Notes: generated from the letters alone by a model not told the origin. Positions 22,368-35,789 are shown, counted from the whole stretch's first letter. The stretch is DNA of 63,579 nt, filler included, from Octopus bimaculoides (GCF_001194135.2; 5 parts of 4 records of this genome joined end to end with filler, not necessarily neighbours in it); one strand, 5' to 3'. Numbers and translations are program-made.

Positions 22368-22531
22368 CTTGTACATGTTTGTATAACCTTTAACTGTAAA
22401 TTATAAAGAAGTTTGTTGTTTGTATTTGTATTTCTCACAAATATATAAACTCCAAATAGTTATCACTTCTTTTGCTGCTATTGTTTGCTGACAAGTCATC
22501 TAGAATAATTTCGTTACATTGTAGAGACACA

Positions 22532-22668
22532 GACATAGCTGTGTGGTTAAGAAGCTTGCTTCCCAACAATGTGATCTCAGGTTCAGTCACACTGCACAGC
22601 ACTTTGGGCAAGTGTCTGCTACTTTAGCCTTCTGAGTGGATTTGGTAGAAAGAAACTAAAAAAAGTCT
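22532..22668 (+). mobile_element. Degenerate 5' part of SINE family B
   Basis: gctgtgtggttaagaagcttgcttccca...ttgggcaagtgtct...gagtggatttggtaga. Confidence 0.7.
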
Positions 22669-22834
22669 GTAATAATGTGTGCTTGTATGCGTGTTTATAT
22701 ATATATAAATTAAAACAGTAGGGTAAAAAATTGGATATTAATTAATATCAATTTAATACCAGGGAACAAAGACATTAAAAGAATCAAGGAGATTCAGAAA
22801 AAATATCTGAGATCTCAAAGGATTATTGTATATG

Positions 22835-22919
22835 TATATATAAAGGAGACCACTAGGTAGACTGTTAATGTGATCTTCTAGCACATTAACAGTCCACCTA
22901 GTGGTCTCCTTTATATATA
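22835..22919. repeat. Near-perfect hairpin (38-bp stem, 9-nt loop)
   Basis: tatatataaaggagaccactaggtagactgttaatgtg / atcttctag / cacattaacagtccacctagtggtctcctttatatata; one mismatch. Confidence 0.9.
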
Positions 22920-22933
22920 TATATATATATATA

Positions 22934-24203
22934 TCCTGGGCTTTTCAAAAATCCTGTTACACTTGTTACAATGCTCTCAACAAAGGACACAACGATAGTT
23001 TTGATGCAGTTAGACACATTTTTATTGTTTTAGCATATAGATATGTGTTTAGATTTAAATATTAATCAATGTGGCTACCCTCAGTAGTGAGCATGCACTC
23101 CAGACGAGACCTTAAGGCCATGCACATGTTGCCATGTTGCAGATGAAGTCCTTCCTAATGTTGGCCCACATGTGGTTGACAGAGGACTTCAGCTCATCGA
23201 CATTGCTGTGGCAGACCTTGTCCTCGACATGGACTCCCATGCTATAGTCGAGAAGGTTGAGTTTGGGTGACTGTGGCAGCCAAAAGTCCTTCAACCAGAA
23301 ATTCATGTTCAACCCTAACCACTCTTGTTCAGCTGTGGCCATGTGGGCCAGAGCACCATCCTGCTGAAAGAAACAGTCTGCCTTACTCATGATCTTTCTC
23401 ACTCAGGGCAGGACTTTTGTGGCCAAGATGTCCCTGTAGTTGAGCATGAACCTGTAACTGACTGCAAAGCACACCAGTGGCATCTTCTCGCCCTTCGGAG
23501 CCACGATGCTGAGCCTCATCACGGAGGTCAGGTGCTTGGTCGTGGACACGTAGCAAACCTCAGAGACATTCTGACCGGAGCTGAATGTGCAGTTGTTCTG
23601 CTTCTTGACAACCGGATTGACCATGAAGGTTTTTTCATCATAAAAAATGAGAATTCAATTGCCATGACACTTCAAGAAGTCGTTGAGAAGGTGATGACAG
23701 CACTCCCAACATTGTTCTTGCATACGGTTGGTAAGCAGAGGCCTTTCCACACAACTCAAGCTCTTGTTGCCCTCCTCCTTGATAGCCCTGGACACCATGG
23801 CCTCCAAGATGTTGTTCTTCACGAGCAGTCATTTTGAGCTTTAGATCACTTTTGAAGGCCTTTCTCACAGCCAAACAGTTGACAAGTTGAGGTCTTCCTG
23901 ATCAAGGTTCATCTTTGTAGTGTTTCCTATTCTTGAGCCTCTCTGCAACTCTGTGGACAGTCATCCAGCTGACTCTGAGCCACTTGGCGATGTCAGACTT
24001 GTTGTGGCCCACGCACAGGAGAGCAGAGATCTTGATTCTTTGCGCTTCCATCTTGATGCACCTGCACACAATGAAAAAGACATTTTAATGACATATGCTG
24101 GAAAAATAGAACTATAAGTATGTTTGATGGCACTTTTTCTGTCACACACGTTAACCTCTCAAAAGATCAAAACTGACTGTAACAGGACTTTTGCATAGCC
24201 TGG
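22934..24203 (-). mobile_element. Full-length but inactivated Tc1/mariner element (maT/DD37D-like), transposase pseudogene 24051-23062
   Basis: ~28-bp imperfect TIRs with flanking TA; MEAQRIKISALL...DEP*SGRP, (F)YDEKTF, FFQQDGALAH, WLPQSPKLNLLDY; contains stops and frameshifts. Confidence 0.88.
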
Positions 24204-24588
24204 TATATGAGATTTCAAATTACATCTTCAGCAAGTTAACTTGGGATTCCTTAATGACAATGTACCAATCATTGAGTAATTATTATATCTGAGGATCTGC
24301 TAACTAGGAAACATCTAGCCTGGATTTTACCTACTCCACTCCATCAATATGGATTTTTATTCACATTCATAGCAACTCAAGTTGCTAACCATAAGCTATA
24401 AAAAAAATGTTTATTCAGCTTATCAAATTCCAATATGAGAAAAGCCTAAAACCTTCAATGCCAATAAATTGTTATTGTTCCTGAACGTTGTTTTTGGTAC
24501 TAACCACAACAGCTCAAAGCTTACAAACTTCCTACACTTAGATCCTTGAATCTTATAATTATATATATATAGAGAGAGAGAGAGATAA

Positions 24589-24893
24589 CTGGCACTCTAT
24601 CTGTTACAGCAAGTGTTCCAGTTGATCCACTCAACAGAACAGCCTCCTTGTGAAATTAATATGCAAGTAGCTGAGCATTCCTCAGATGCATGTATCTTTA
24701 ACATAGTTTTCAGGAATTTTAGTATGACACAGAATGTGGTTAGGCTGGCCCTTTGAATTTCAGGTACAACTCACTTTTTGCCAACTGAGTGAACTGGAAC
24801 AACATGAAAAAAAGTGTTGTGCTGAAGGACACAACATGCTGCCAGGAATTGAACTCACAAACTTACAATCATGACCCCACTAAGCCACATGCC
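24589..24893 (-). mobile_element. Old SINE: family D head/body joined to the family C tail
   Basis: Head and body match 31115-31240; tail matches 5600-5748. Confidence 0.65.
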
Positions 24894-25926
24894 TTCACAC
24901 ATAGATAGATAGACAGACAGCTGTATCCTTGGGTATACATCTATGGGAAAGTAAACATTAAATGATGATGATGAGGAGGATTTGGAAGTCACATTGTCAT
25001 TGTGACTTCATTTCTACAGAAATAAATGTTATGTGTATTTTGAGGAATCAGTTGGTTGAGAGACATCTTACACTTGGAATGTCTTCATATTCAATTTTTT
25101 TACATTGTTCAGTCTTACTGTAATAAAAGCCAAGCCTGAGACAATTAACTGACTTTCTTGCGTGTAGCCCAAGCGAAACCAAAGACTTAGTGATCAGCAA
25201 TACAACTCCAAATAATAAAAAAAAAATGTTCAACAATGATATTTTTATGTACAAACTATCTCCTAAATTTAGTTTCTCCCAGACCATTATCTTTATCAAA
25301 GTAAAGTTACAAAAGAAATTAAATATAACACTACACATGCTAACAAGAATGAGGAAACTTCTATATCATTGCACTATCTGCAGGAAATTGCAGCCCTGTC
25401 TTTCCAACTTTTACCTTACCATCTTAAAAATTGTTAAATACTTATTATAATTTGCCTGAAAGGAGAAGCTGTTCTCTAATGACAAAATACAACAGCAATT
25501 AGCATATTTACATTGAAATCTGGAATATATTAAGAATGAATGTGAATGTCATCATTCTGATTCTTGCTGTTCCTTATGCAGATGACTATATAATCCAGAA
25601 TATATGTTAGAAAAGAGAATGAGATGACCACAACTTGAATGATGGTCAAATGATGTCAGACAGTATTCTTCCCAACATGTAAATGACACCAGGGAATGAC
25701 AGAAAACAGGGCACAAAACCCCTATAAAGACATGTTTTAGAAAATCTACTAAGTACTCAGTACAAAATATTACATGCCCCACATTACATTTGGATCACAA
25801 TAGAATTGCTCATATGTAAGATCTTTCACCCAGTGTTTAGCTATCACAAGTGATATTTGTAAATTAACAGATAACACTACATTAGAAGTGCAGACTTTTA
25901 AAATAAAACTAGTAATACAATTCATG

Positions 25927-26205
25927 CACATGGTTCTGGGTTCAGTCTCATTGTGTGACACCTCGGGCAAGTGTCTTCAACTATAGCTTTAGATTTGGTA
26001 GAAGAAAACTGCAAGAAACTCTTCATATATGTGTGTGTCATTGTGGTATATGTTTGTCACCCACCGTCACTTGACAATCAGTGTTGGTCTTAACAGTTCA
26101 ACAAAAGAAACCAGGCTTTAAAGGAAGTGCTGAACTTGATTCATTTGACTAAAAACCTGTCAAAGTGGTGCTCCAGCTTGGCTGAAACAAGTAAAAGATA
26201 AAAAA
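25927..26205 (+). mobile_element. Degenerate SINE family B
   Basis: gggttcagtctca ttgtgtgacacctcgggcaagtgtctt...gtggtgctccagcttggctgaaacaagtaaaag. Confidence 0.7.
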
Positions 26206-26269
26206 TATATGTATGTATGTGACTACTGATTTTACCTACCCTCCAACCAAATTACACTCCAATTACAAC

Positions 26270-28290
26270 ATAAGCATCATCATTAGAGGAAACTTCAGTG
26301 TACTCAACCTCCTGGTCTTCAAGCAATACATGATACCAAAATCCCTTTTCATTTTAACACACATGCCTCACCAAACCAACTAGAACAACTCTTTACAAAA
26401 CATGACTTTCTACCTAGCCATTATTACAACACACATCAATGAAGAAAGCAGGAATAGTTTTACAAACTTGTAAATATTTGTATCCAATGTAAACCACAAA
26501 ACAAACAGTAAAGCACTGAACAGTGATTAGCAACAGCAAGTCACACCACACCTACATGTCACAATAACAAATCTATATAATATACCTATATGACAACAAG
26601 CAACTCTTTTATAAGACATTTCTTGAAAATCAGCCATGTAAATTCACACAAGACAGGAATGCAAAACAAAAGATATCATCTTCCATCTAAACCATGTTTT
26701 TGACACTTTCCTTCCATCAGATACACAAAATGCAATATGGAAATCTAAGAACTCTAAAGCCTCAGGGCAATACAAAATCACAATCATATACATAAAACAG
26801 TGAGGGCCTGAGAAAATCACTGCACTCACCAATATCTACTACTTGTACCAATGCTGTCAAATTTCTAAAACCTATCAAAAACCACTACACTAAAATACCA
26901 TACCACTTTACACAGTTAACACAGAATATATGGCTTCAACAAAGTCCAAAGACCTCCCAGAAGTACCATTCTAATTATCATTGACATCAGCAAAGCTTTC
27001 GATTTTATTCCCCCACTATTGGCTTATATTCAACAATTTATTAATATAACACAAAATATTGACTGGTAAGCCACTCTGTTAGGTCACCAAACCTACACAG
27101 TGTCCAAGAACAACATTTCCAGAACTTAAAATTTCCCAAATAGAATCCCACAATGATCTCTATTCTTACCAACACCTACTACATGATATTCCAACACTAC
27201 CACAAAATATTTACACATTCATATACAGATGACATCACACTCATATCCTTCCACCACCCTTCAGATTCTGATGCACAACTACACCAATCTTACATAAATC
27301 ACCAAGAAACCTAGTTCCATACTAACAGACAAGAACCAAATCTACTGTCCTCCTTAACAACAACCAAGCATCACATTCAACAACATAAACATCTTACACA
27401 CACACATACACAAGGCAAAAATATTAAGAGTATAATACAAAATGAAAGACTGTCTCAACATGTGATGGGTATGGTTTACTGTTGCAGCAAGCTTCAACTC
27501 CTTTAATCCCTGCTACTACATGGAAAACACTGTCTTTCAATGTTCCTTAAATTTCTGTACCCAGGCATTGTCCACATGCAATTTAAATGTCTCATAACAA
27601 ACATGCACTAACTCCATCAACAGAGACTCCTCCAGTGGGATCATGCCAATATTAATTCCATCAACAGCACGCATACACAATCCCTACAAATACCAAGAAA
27701 ACATTATTGCATTCCACCCTACTCAAGTATGAACAACACACATTTAGAACCTTTATATTGCTACAAATGCTAGGCTTCATCATCACAGAAAATATCTCTT
27801 GGCAAATACACATCCTCAACTACATCACAAATACCAACTTTTCCCTTTAAAATCAGAAAATACTTTAGCTCTTATCAACTACTAACCCTCTACAAAGCTC
27901 AGACGAAATCTACATTGAAGAACTGCTCCCACATCTTTGACTACAAGCTCAAACATTTTGAATCTGAAGAAAAATTATTTGACTAATTGACTTGAAGTCA
28001 TTCATCAACACACTCTGATCTCTGGCCCACAGATATGTTGTCTCCTTTCTCTGCCTTTTCTACTGATACTTCAGTAGCGTCTACTCCTTGGAGATGGTTT
28101 GTCGCATGCCACCACCATTCACATACACCTGACTCCTTTGTCTCTCTCTTCTCCCATATTGTGTCCACTCACACACCAACCATACACTAACCACTACATC
28201 TAATCTTTTTTTCCCTGGGTGTTGTCCCTCTGGAATTCTTCTGCACATATCTTCTTGCAACTGTTCAAGAAGAATGTTAACCACATTGAT
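26270..28290 (+). pseudogene. Highly decayed CR1/L2-group LINE ORF2 (possibly two fragments)
   Basis: IDISKAFDFIPH (~26980), YTDDITL (~27222), RKYF.S.QLLTLYKAQ...CSHI (~27855-27940) and SFFP...LWNS...FKKNVN (~28200-28280), with many frameshifts. Confidence 0.6.
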
Positions 28291-29040
28291 CTCTTTGTTA
28301 TTGAGGCTTTGTAGAGACCAAGAGCACAGCCTTTTCTTCCATCAAACTAATGAAAAAACAAAAAAACAGCAGGTTCCACTCAGTCCTAACAAAAATATAA
28401 CACAGAGAGATATAGCTACAACATCAATAACTTCACAAGCCATACACACTACTGACTTTAATTAAATGCTGCAACACACTAGTTTTTATAGACTAGAGAT
28501 CAAAGAGCCTGCTCTATCAGTGCATAGTATGATCTCATGGGAAGGCAACTTATGTTGGAGGTTTTCAGATTAGATACAGTAAAATGCATTGCTAATGTCA
28601 AGTGCAATTATATTGCTTTCAGCGAACTTTTCAAAGAAAGCAAGGGACATGGAAGCATGATGTAAAACAGTTCCAAGTAGATTTGGCTATCTTATTGGTG
28701 GTTACAAGTCAAGTGAGAGAGAGGTTGACAGAGACAGAGGGGCTCAAGTTGTTAGAAATGATTGTTTACATAATTTATCATGAGAGCCATTTTAGTTGAG
28801 AAATAATATGTTGGATTTTACAAAGCTTGCCAGATACCAAAACACTAATCTCAATTTGGGAGAAAGAAGAGCTTGCAATCTATGCAATGTACAAAGACGT
28901 TTTTTGGTTTTGATGGTAGCATGGATTGAAAACCCCAATGCCATCTGAACAATGGCCTTACTTCATAAGTAGGAAGAGAATTGAAAGAGACTAAATACTT
29001 TGTACTCAGAGCAATAAGTAAATTATAAGATTTGTGGCAG

Positions 29041-29257
29041 GTTCTTTTCTACTCTAGGCACAAGGCCTGAAATTTTGGGGGAGGAGGCCAGTCAATTAAA
29101 TCGACCCCAGTACGCAACTGGTAATTAATTTATCAACCCTGAATGGATGAAAGGCAAAGTCAACCTCTGTGGAATTTGAACCCTGAATGTAAAAACAGAC
29201 GAAATACTGTTAAGCATTTCACCTGGCGCGCTAACATTTCTGCCAGCTCACCGCCTT
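29041..29257 (-). mobile_element. SINE family A with TSD
   Basis: gatttgtggcag at 29029-29040 and 29262-29273; most CpGs have decayed. Confidence 0.85.
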
Positions 29258-29378
29258 GTGGGATTTGTGGCAGATTGGCAAAGAACTAGAATTTCAGATG
29301 CGAAGGAGTTTTAAACTGTAGGAGTACCTAAGCATGGAAGTTGGACTGAATAGATGTTTTACTAAATAACATGGTGGG

Positions 29379-29510
29379 TTTCCTTATCTAGGTAGTTTAA
29401 TAAGTCCTGGGGGTGGTTGTAGCAAAAGTATAATAGCTAAAATGAGAAAGGTGTGTAAAAAATATTCAAGAAACTACTGCCTCTACAGACAACAAAGGAA
29501 TTCTTGGACA
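29379..29510 (+). pseudogene. RTE reverse-transcriptase remnant
   Basis: FPYLGSLISPGGGCSKSIIAKMRK.../FKKLLPLQTTK resembles the RTE motif FxYLG...GGGC...ARIR..W.KF.ELLPLL. Confidence 0.65.
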
Positions 29511-31114
29511 TGTAATATTTATTTTGCTTGATATTAAAGTGTTTAGGAGAGATAACTGAATTAGTAAGGGACAAAGTATTTTTCTACAAAATTAGTAGAA
29601 ATTGTGAATAAAAAAAGGGTACAACAACATTTGTAGAGTCTTTTGATGAAAAGGAAGAAGGACCTATTACAAATAATTAGACAAGAAAATTCGGAGCTCA
29701 TGGAATCGACAATATTCTCATTTAGTTTCCTGAAAGCCATGGTTTTTAAATGTTTCTCAGCTGGTCGTGTTTGATATGTTGAATGATTTATCTTATGTGT
29801 CATATGAAATGGTCTTGCTATGTAATTGTTTGAACCATGTGAGATTTGTTGGTTTTGTTGGAATGGATGATTTGAAATGACATGCCAAGGTGGCTAATTC
29901 CAGTCTCATATATAACTGTCTCTATGAAGTTATAAGGGGAGTACATTTTCTAGCAATTCATGTGATTGCACAAAATATTTCTCATTGACTGGGGTGAGTC
30001 TGTTATTGTTATTTTTGTTCAGCCTAGGTCAAATTTGATTAAGAAGACCAAGGTGTCATACTCTAAACTACATTATCTAATGTCTTTAAAAAAAAACAGG
30101 TAATGTATTACATAAGGAAGACAATACTGTCATGTTTGGACCACAGGTTGATTACGAAAATAATGCTTATAAAAAGGATTAGTCGAGGTCATAAGTGGAA
30201 CGCCTGGGTGGACTACAGTTGACCTTAGTATTGAATGAGTTAATTAGGAAAGAAAGAATAATGATATAAGGTTTTCTGAGTGTCGGTGTGGGGTTGCAAC
30301 CATTCGTGTCGAAAAATTTAATGAATTATAATCCTTATGAATATTTTTTTGAGCAGAAGGCGGGGAGTTAATATAAACGTTCTGATATTCCAAACAGAAG
30401 AAAAGGGTCAGATAATATTAGTTGCAAATAGTCTTTATAGAGTTCTTCCCCTTAATTGGAAATTTTCAATAGAATCTTGTATGAGAGAAAAAAAGAATTT
30501 GGTGTTGAAAACCTCAAGTGAACTTGACATCGGTTCTTTATTTTGTTTAGCACCGCTTCCCGTGTCTTTATATGTTTGGAACAAATTTTAAATCTCATAT
30601 TAACGAATGTTGACGAATGCAAAGAAAAAAAAAATGAATTCTTCTCTACATATGTGGTCAGTATTTGAATGTTCGGTACATTACTAGTATATTTGTACAT
30701 AAGTCTTTAAACGTGCCTCTACAACATTTCGTTTTCTGCCCAAATTGTTACTCGCCCAGTATATAACATAAAAAGAATTAGGTCGACGATTAAATATCTT
30801 AGTATATTAATTATTTGCTTCGAAAAAATGCATAATTTTCTTTGTAATGGTACTACCTGGTGACAAATCTCACTTAACAGCTTTGTTTTCTCCCATAAAG
30901 ACTTTCGCTTCTTGTCCTTTCGGTCTCAGCTTTCCGGCCGTCTTATAACAACTATGCATAAAGAAGGGGAAAAAGTTATTAAAAAAGAAAAGAAAAAACA
31001 GTTGTGTGGTGACATGTTAACAAAAGTTCAAAATCACTTATCTTGCCCAACGACATCGTCAGGGTCCTCTAGTTCTTACAATTATTTTCTGAAAAATATA
31101 GGCTCTTATTTTTT

Positions 31115-31412
31115 CCCCAGTGGTTAGAGCGTCGGGCTCACAATCATGAGGTAGTGAGTTCGATTCCTGGACCTGTCTGTGTGTTGTGTTCTTGAGCTAG
31201 ACACTATATTTCATGTTCCAGTTCACTCAGCCGTAGAAATGTATCGGCATTTGCCTTTCCCTTGTATAACATCGGTGACGCGAAAAGGGGAGACGGTTAT
31301 GCATGGGCGTCTGCTAGTCTTCCATAAACAACCTTGCCCAGACTTGTGCCTCGGAGATGTAATTTTCTAGGTGCAATCCTATGGTCAATCATGACCGAAG
31401 GGGTCTTACTTT
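31115..31412 (+). mobile_element. tRNA-derived SINE family D
   Basis: ccagtggttagagcgtcgggctcacaatcatgaggtagtgagttcgattcctgg (A/B boxes), then gtgttgtgttcttgagctagacac. Confidence 0.75.
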
Positions 31413-31559
31413 ACTGTGGTTAAGTGATATCCCCCACCCCGTACTCGAGGCAGTGTCTATGGTCTTCCCAAGTCCTCAAAGACCGGCGAGATTAATGCTG
31501 TTAACGTTTCACTTAAACTGTTTTAAGTCAACACCTGATAGAGAAGCATAGATAAAGGA

Positions 31560-31870
31560 GGACTGGATATAGAGGTAAGTGCCAGGCATAATAATGGGTT
31601 GGACACAGCATGGGTGATAAGAAGAGGGGAGACGAATGAGTCAGTAGTGCCTGAATGGAAGTGGTCCAAGCCAACTCAGAGGAGCAGTGACCTTTGTAAC
31701 ATTGTTAGAAAAGGCAGAGAGAAAAGCCAACATCTGGGTGGCTAAAGGTTGTAGAGTATTTGTAGATGACACACCAACCTGTCTTTCTTGTAACCTTTTG
31801 GTAGTTTTCTGTCTCATTTTTGAAGTTGGTAAAGATATATGATGTGACCAAATCAGAAATTTGAAAGAAA
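31560..31870 (-). pseudogene. CR1/L2-group LINE C-terminal remnant
   Basis: Minus strand gives LQPLA..DVG.SLCLF...KGHCSSEL over frameshifts; similar at DNA level to 28020-28070. Confidence 0.5.
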
Positions 31871-31991
31871 ACAGCAAATATGTACCAAAATGACCAAAAA
31901 AATTTATTTGCTGTACATAAGTAAAAATTATATTTCATTAGATATATNNNNNNNNNNNNNNNNNNNNNNNNNNNNNNNNNNNNNNNNNNNN

Positions 31992-32003
31992 TTAATTAAT
32001 TAA
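31992..32003. other. Artificial scaffolding marker TTAATTAATTAA in a 100-bp gap (also at 47494-47505, 55650-55661, 59953-59964)
   Basis: Identical 12-mer flanked by exactly 44 N on each side at all four sites; stops in all six frames. Confidence 0.93.
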
Positions 32004-32047
32004 NNNNNNNNNNNNNNNNNNNNNNNNNNNNNNNNNNNNNNNNNNNN

Positions 32048-32081
<34 letters not shown>

Positions 32082-32269
32082 TATATATATGTATGTAAAT
32101 ATATATGTATATATATATATATATGTATATACACACACATTCATAAGTATATATTAATGTGAAATGGTATGGTTATCGGAATATAGCCATTTCTTGGATA
32201 GAACATAAAATAACTTTAAAGAAAGGAAATAGACGATATATACCAGCGTAGACAGGAAGAAAGGATGTA

Positions 32270-32712
32270 TCGACAACAACAACCACAACAACCACAACAA
32301 CAACAACAAAAGCAACAAAAATGAGAACAACATGATCACCGTCACCACCACCAGCAACACCTACAAGAAGAACATCAGGAACGGTAATAACAGCAACACA
32401 AACAACAATGTGACGACAAATGAATGCTTATAAATAAGAAGAAATAAAGAATACAAACATTGGAAATAAATATAAACAGAATAGAAAGGAAATACATTAA
32501 AACAGCGAAGTTTATTTGTTATAAAGATAAAGGATGCAGAATTATTGTTATAATTTAATGAAAGACATCACAAAGCAACGATGTCTTTTTTTCTCTTTCT
32601 ATTTTCGTAGTTATATTTTTCATTAATTGAAAAGAAATTTATCATTATCGTCATTATTATCCCATTATTATTATTACTATGAACGCCATGAATAACCCAG
32701 CTATTGCTGCTG

Positions 32713-32773
<61 letters not shown>

Positions 32774-32893
32774 AATTATAAATACTTTCATCATCAACAT
32801 CAACTTCATCATCATAACGATCACTATTCTTATTTTCCTTCTTCTTCTTAGCATTATTATTGTTGTTATTATTCGTCGCCATCGTCGTCGTCG

Positions 32894-32926
<33 letters not shown>

Positions 32927-33099
32927 ACAACGTCATTATTATCGTCTCCCCTTTTTATCCTTATTCTTGATAATGTTGTTGTCGCCCTTTCTTTTCTGCA
33001 ACTTCATCCTGTTCTTCCTCTTTTCTTCTTGTTCTTCTTCTTCTTCTTCTTCTTCTTCTTCTTCTTCTTCTTCTTCTTCTTCTTCTTCTTCTTCTTCTT

Positions 33100-33164
<65 letters not shown>

Positions 33165-33350
33165 GTTATTATTATTATTACAATCAATATTGCTGTTCTT
33201 GGTTTTGGTCTTGTTATTTTTTTTATCGTTGCTTATTTTGTTCCTACTTCGTTTTCTTGTCGTTTTCCGTTTTGTTTGATATAGAACAAAACTACAAACT
33301 TTAACACCACCACCACCGCAAACAACGACAACAACAACACCACCATCACC
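32270..33350. repeat. Compound trinucleotide microsatellite block: (AAC)n, (ACT)n, (CAT)n, (TCT)n, (TAC)n, (ATT)n
   Basis: Seen directly; the source of the poly-T/H/S/V/E/F/Y ORFs in the track. Confidence 0.95.
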
Positions 33351-34310
33351 GAGTAGAGTTTAAAAATATAACATCAAAGAAGAATAAAATCAAAAATTAA
33401 AAACAAAACAAAAAATATAGGCTATACAAAACACATAGAGATAAATATACAACAACAACGAAAAAAAACAAACAAAAAAGGAAAGAATAGGTTTCGAGTT
33501 ATTAACACACTAGTGTTTGTATGATAACAATTGAAAATAAAATTATTGTTACTCGAGCAGGTGGTTCACCGCTAAAGAAATAATATAAAGAAAATTGTGA
33601 CTTAAAAGCGACAATTACAAGATTTTGTCAGATTCGCTAATAAAATTCGTTTCTAAGAATTATTCCTTCTAATCGATATTAATATATGTTCCAGTTTCGC
33701 ACAATTGTTTTACGTTTAAAGAATAATACGAAGAAAAAAAGTGAAGCAGCCAAAATCATCGACAACAAACATAGAAAAGTAATAGCATATACGTGTGTGT
33801 TTATATATATANNNNNNNNNNNNNNNNNNNNNNNNNNNNNNNNNNNNNNNNNNNNNNNNNNNNNNNNNNNNNNNNNNNNNNNNNNNNNNNNNNNNNNNNN
33901 NNNNNNNNNNNNNNNNNNNNNNNNNNNNNNNNNNNNNNNNNNNNNNNNNNNNNNNNNNNNNNNNNNNNNNNNNNNNNNNNNNNNNNNNNNNNNNNNNNNN
34001 NNNNNNNNNNNNNNNNNNNNNNNNNNNNNNNNNNNNNNNNNNNNNNNNNNNNNNNNNNNNNNNNNNNNNNNNNNNNNNNNNNNNNNNNNNNNNNNNNNNN
34101 NNNNNNNNNNNNNNNNNNNNNNNNNNNNNNNNNNNNNNNNNNNNNNNNNNNNNNNNNNNNNNNNNNNNNNNNNNNNATATATATATATGTATGTATATAT
34201 ATATATATACATGCGTGTTTTTATTTCATGCGTGTAATTATCTCGAGTCATATACCTATTTTCTTACTTACCATCCAGCATTTATCTCTCTCTCTACCTG
34301 TCTGTCTGTA

Positions 34311-34361
<51 letters not shown>

Positions 34362-35256
34362 TTATCTATCTATATATGCACACACACATATACGCGCGCG
34401 CCCGTGTATACATGAGTATGCATATATATACAGACATATGAACATAACGTGTATATATACATACATAAATAAAAAGATGTAAATTAGTGCATACATATGT
34501 ATGTATGTATGTATGTATCTACCTATCTATCTCTATATCTATTTATCTACCTATCTATCTTCTTATCAGTCTATCTCTCTATCTATATATCTTTATATAT
34601 TAATATCTGTCTATCAATCTATGTATATGCCAATTTCTTTTGCTATATTCCCCAAATAATCTGTAATTGATATGGACAGTAGTTTCACATTTTCTGCGAT
34701 AATTGCCTCGATATAATTTCATTATATCTTGCGACTTATATCTATATCTTGTTACTCAGTCTATGTCACTGGGAATTTGAAATCTGTTTTAAGCTGCTCG
34801 AGTTATCCATAAATCTTCCGATTTGCTTCATCCTTCCTGTGTAAAATTGCATCTTTTTTTCTGCCCACACTTCTTTTCTAGATATATTTTATATATAACC
34901 ATCGAGGCTGATATTATTACGCATATCATCTCATAAATATACGCTCTACGTAGACCGCCTCAGAAGACATATAGGTTTCGAAACATAATTTCGAAACTAG
35001 AATCTAACATGAAAAGTACTTTATTCATGTTGTTTATTTGAAGTTATATCAGTTTATTTTCTTGCACATAAACATGTCAAAACATCTAATAGTTCTGAAT
35101 GTACCTGAATATTTGTCTAGTAAACATAATTGAAATAACTCATTAAAACTAGTTATGATATGTCTTCTGAATAAGCACTTGGCTTGTTAGCGATATTCAT
35201 AAGCACACACGGATATATATGCTGACACGCATACACAATCAAACGGAAACATACAC

Positions 35257-35328
<72 letters not shown>

Positions 35329-35789
35329 NNNNNNNNNNNNNNNNNNNNNNNNNNNNNNNNNNNNNNNNNNNNNNNNNNNNNNNNNNNNNNNNNNNNNNNN
35401 NNNNNNNNNNNNNNNNNNNNNNNNNNNNNNNNNNNNNNNNNNNNNNNNNNNNNNNNNNNNNNNNNNNNNNNNNNNNNNNNNNNNNNNNNNNNNNNNNNNN
35501 NNNNNNNNNNNNNNNNNNNNNNNNNNNNNNNNNNNNNNNNNNNNNNNNNNNNNNNNNNNNNNNNNNNNNNNNNNNNNNNNNNNNNNNNNNNNNNNNNNNN
35601 NNNNNNNNNNNNNNNNNNNNNNNNNNNNNNNNNNNNNNNNNNNNNNNNNNNNNNNNNNNNNNNNNNNNNNNNNNNNNNNNNNNNNNNNNNNNNNNNNNNN
35701 NNNNNNNNNNATATATATATATATATATATATATAATGAGTTCAATGAAACATACAATTAAAATATGATTCAAAACGGACACCATGACG

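Noticed and set aside
32568-33304. Long ORFs with poly-M/T/N/S/V/E/F/Y/H runs
   Set aside because: Translations of trinucleotide microsatellites on both strands; no domain content.
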